Source of the DNA: an uncultured Methylophaga sp.
GTDB taxonomy: Bacteria; Pseudomonadota; Gammaproteobacteria; Nitrosococcales; Methylophagaceae
DNA length: 55,907 nt
Direction of reading: 5' to 3'
Assembly: GCA_964474075.1 (NCBI GenBank)
Contig: CAYYRO010000001.1
Coordinates: 5,797 to 61,703 of the forward strand
Shown: one piece after another, positions 54,389 to 55,907 of the stretch
Position numbering within the stretch: position 1 is the first letter of the stretch
Layout: each line of letters opens with the position of its first letter
Notes under the pieces: generated by a model
Database searches by the model: none
What the model saw: only the letters and a program-made list of their open reading frames with translations
Told to the model about the DNA's origin: nothing
Program-made: the position numbers and the translations under genes

Positions 54389-55907
54389 ATGACTCAGAAA
54401 AAACTCCTCGCCGCGATGACTGCTGCGGCTATCAGCAGTTTCTCCATGCAGGCAATCGCCGAAGATGATGTTAAAAGCTTAGATGCATTTACCGTTATTG
54501 GCAGTGGTGAAGCCGCCCGTGACTTACCCGGTTCAGCGTATTTTGTCGACAACGAACAATTAACGACAGAAGCGACGACTGATATTCATCAGGTTTTAAA
54601 AACTGTACCTGGCGTATATGTTCTGGAAGAAGATGGTATGGGTTTGCGTCCTAACATCGGTATTCGTGCCGCGGCACCAGAGCGTAGCCAAAACATTACC
54701 CTGATGGAAGATGGTGTGTTGATTGCACCAGCACCCTATTCAAACCCAGCGGCCTATTATTTCCCAACGGCGATGCGCCTGAATTCAATTGAAGTGCTGA
54801 AAGGCGCGCCATTATTGCGTTACGGACCACAAACGATTGGTGGTGTAGTCAATCTGGTATCAACGCCGATCCCTGAACAACATTCAGGCCGCGCCATGTT
54901 GATGCTTAGTGACGAAGGTTCGTTTGATACCCACGCTTATTATGGTGGTAAAGAAGGTGGTTTTGGTTACTTGCTGGAGACTGTGCAACGTAATAACCAA
55001 GGCTTTAAAGATATTGATCGCAGCAGCCAGGACAGTGGTTTTGAGATCCAGGACTATGTCGGCAAATTATCTTGGGAAGATGAGCGTAATGAAGTGCTGT
55101 TTAAATTCCAGCGTTCATTTGAAGACTCTGATGAAACCTACGCAGGCCTTACCGATGCCGATTTCAGCCGTGACGAAAATCGTCGTTATGGCCTGACTGA
55201 AATCGACAATATGGATAACGACCATACCGGTGTCAATCTCAGCCATACCTTCAAATGGACCGATACTTTCAGCTCCAATGTGACTTTGTATCACAATGAA
55301 TTCCAGCGGAACTGGTTTAAATTTGATGGCCGTAACCCAGAAACAGGTGACAATATCGTTGCTGACGCCAATGACGGTAATGCTGACGCACAGGCTATTC
55401 TTGATGGTACTCGTGATGTTGCTGGTCTGCGCTACAAAAACAATAACCGTTCATACGACTCATATGGTGCACAGCTGAATTTCAACTGGTTATTGGGTGC
55501 GCATGATCTGAATTTTGGTGTTCGTCAGCACTTTGATGAAACGGATCGCTTCCAGCCAATTGATTTTTATGACCAACAAAACGGTCAACTGGTGTATCAA
55601 AGCACCAATGCTGACAGCGTCAGCGGTGGTGATAACCGTTTGGAAGAAGCACAGGCATTAAGCATGTGGATCACCGACGATTTTCAGGTGACCGAACGTT
55701 TACTGTTAAGTGCTTCACTGCGGATGGAAGATGTTGAAACCAAAGCCCGTCGTTACGGTGAGCCAGCGCGTTCGTCAGTAACTGATCGCGTTGATAATGA
55801 CTACCAGGAGTTTCTGCCCGGTATTTCTGCAACCTATGATCTGACGGATAATTGGCAGGTATTGGCCGGTTACCATGAAGGTATGATTCCTTTGAGTGCC
55901 AGCTCAG
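54389..55907 (+). CDS. TonB-dependent receptor, FecA-like (3' end runs off the window)
   Basis: Not in the ORF track; hand-translated MTQKKLLAAMTAAAISSFSMQAIA signal peptide, TonB box DAFTVIG, plug motifs VPGVYVLEEDGMGLRPNIGIR, EDGVLIAPAPY, IEVLKG..YGPQTIGGVVN. Confidence 0.93.
   Translation, partial: MTQKKLLAAMTAAAISSFSMQAIAEDDVKSLDAFTVIGSGEAARDLPGSAYFVDNEQLTTEATTDIHQVLKTVPGVYVLEEDGMGLRPNIGIRAAAPERSQNITLMEDGVLIAPAPYSNPAAYYFPTAMRLNSIEVLKGAPLLRYGPQTIGGVVNLVSTPIPEQHSGRAMLMLSDEGSFDTHAYYGGKEGGFGYLLETVQRNNQGFKDIDRSSQDSGFEIQDYVGKLSWEDERNEVLFKFQRSFEDSDETYAGLTDADFSRDENRRYGLTEIDNMDNDHTGVNLSHTFKWTDTFSSNVTLYHNEFQRNWFKFDGRNPETGDNIVADANDGNADAQAILDGTRDVAGLRYKNNNRSYDSYGAQLNFNWLLGAHDLNFGVRQHFDETDRFQPIDFYDQQNGQLVYQSTNADSVSGGDNRLEEAQALSMWITDDFQVTERLLLSASLRMEDVETKARRYGEPARSSVTDRVDNDYQEFLPGISATYDLTDNWQVLAGYHEGMIPLSASS

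Overview
A gene-dense (about 50 CDS) core-chromosome segment from a gammaproteobacterium. An MxaD/MxaE-like pair and the overall gene content suggest a Methylophaga-like methylotroph, but this is inference. Housekeeping blocks: trxB-ftsK-lolA-rarA, mlaFEDCB-bolA-murA-hisGDC, pyrE-metW-metX-yggT-proC-yggS with pilTU, tRNA-Arg(CCG), glgP, yihA with cytochrome c4-resB-ccsA-dsbA, mltF-tadA-waaA with lpxL, rplM-rpsI, uppP and ylqF. I saw no mobile element, prophage or CRISPR array. The best candidate for an undescribed system is at the right end: three tiny, apparently cytoplasmic ORFs (62, 85 and 73 aa, one with a CxxC-x3-H motif) between two Fur-like boxes, directly upstream of a FecA-type TonB-dependent receptor. 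Other notable items are a decayed PagL-like deacylase remnant beside lpxL, a tRNA lying inside the open frame of a DUF2927-like gene, an orphan mxaDE-like pair with a pho-box-like promoter and an internal terminator, and System II cytochrome c biogenesis genes. All family assignments come from motif recognition by eye; no database searches were run.
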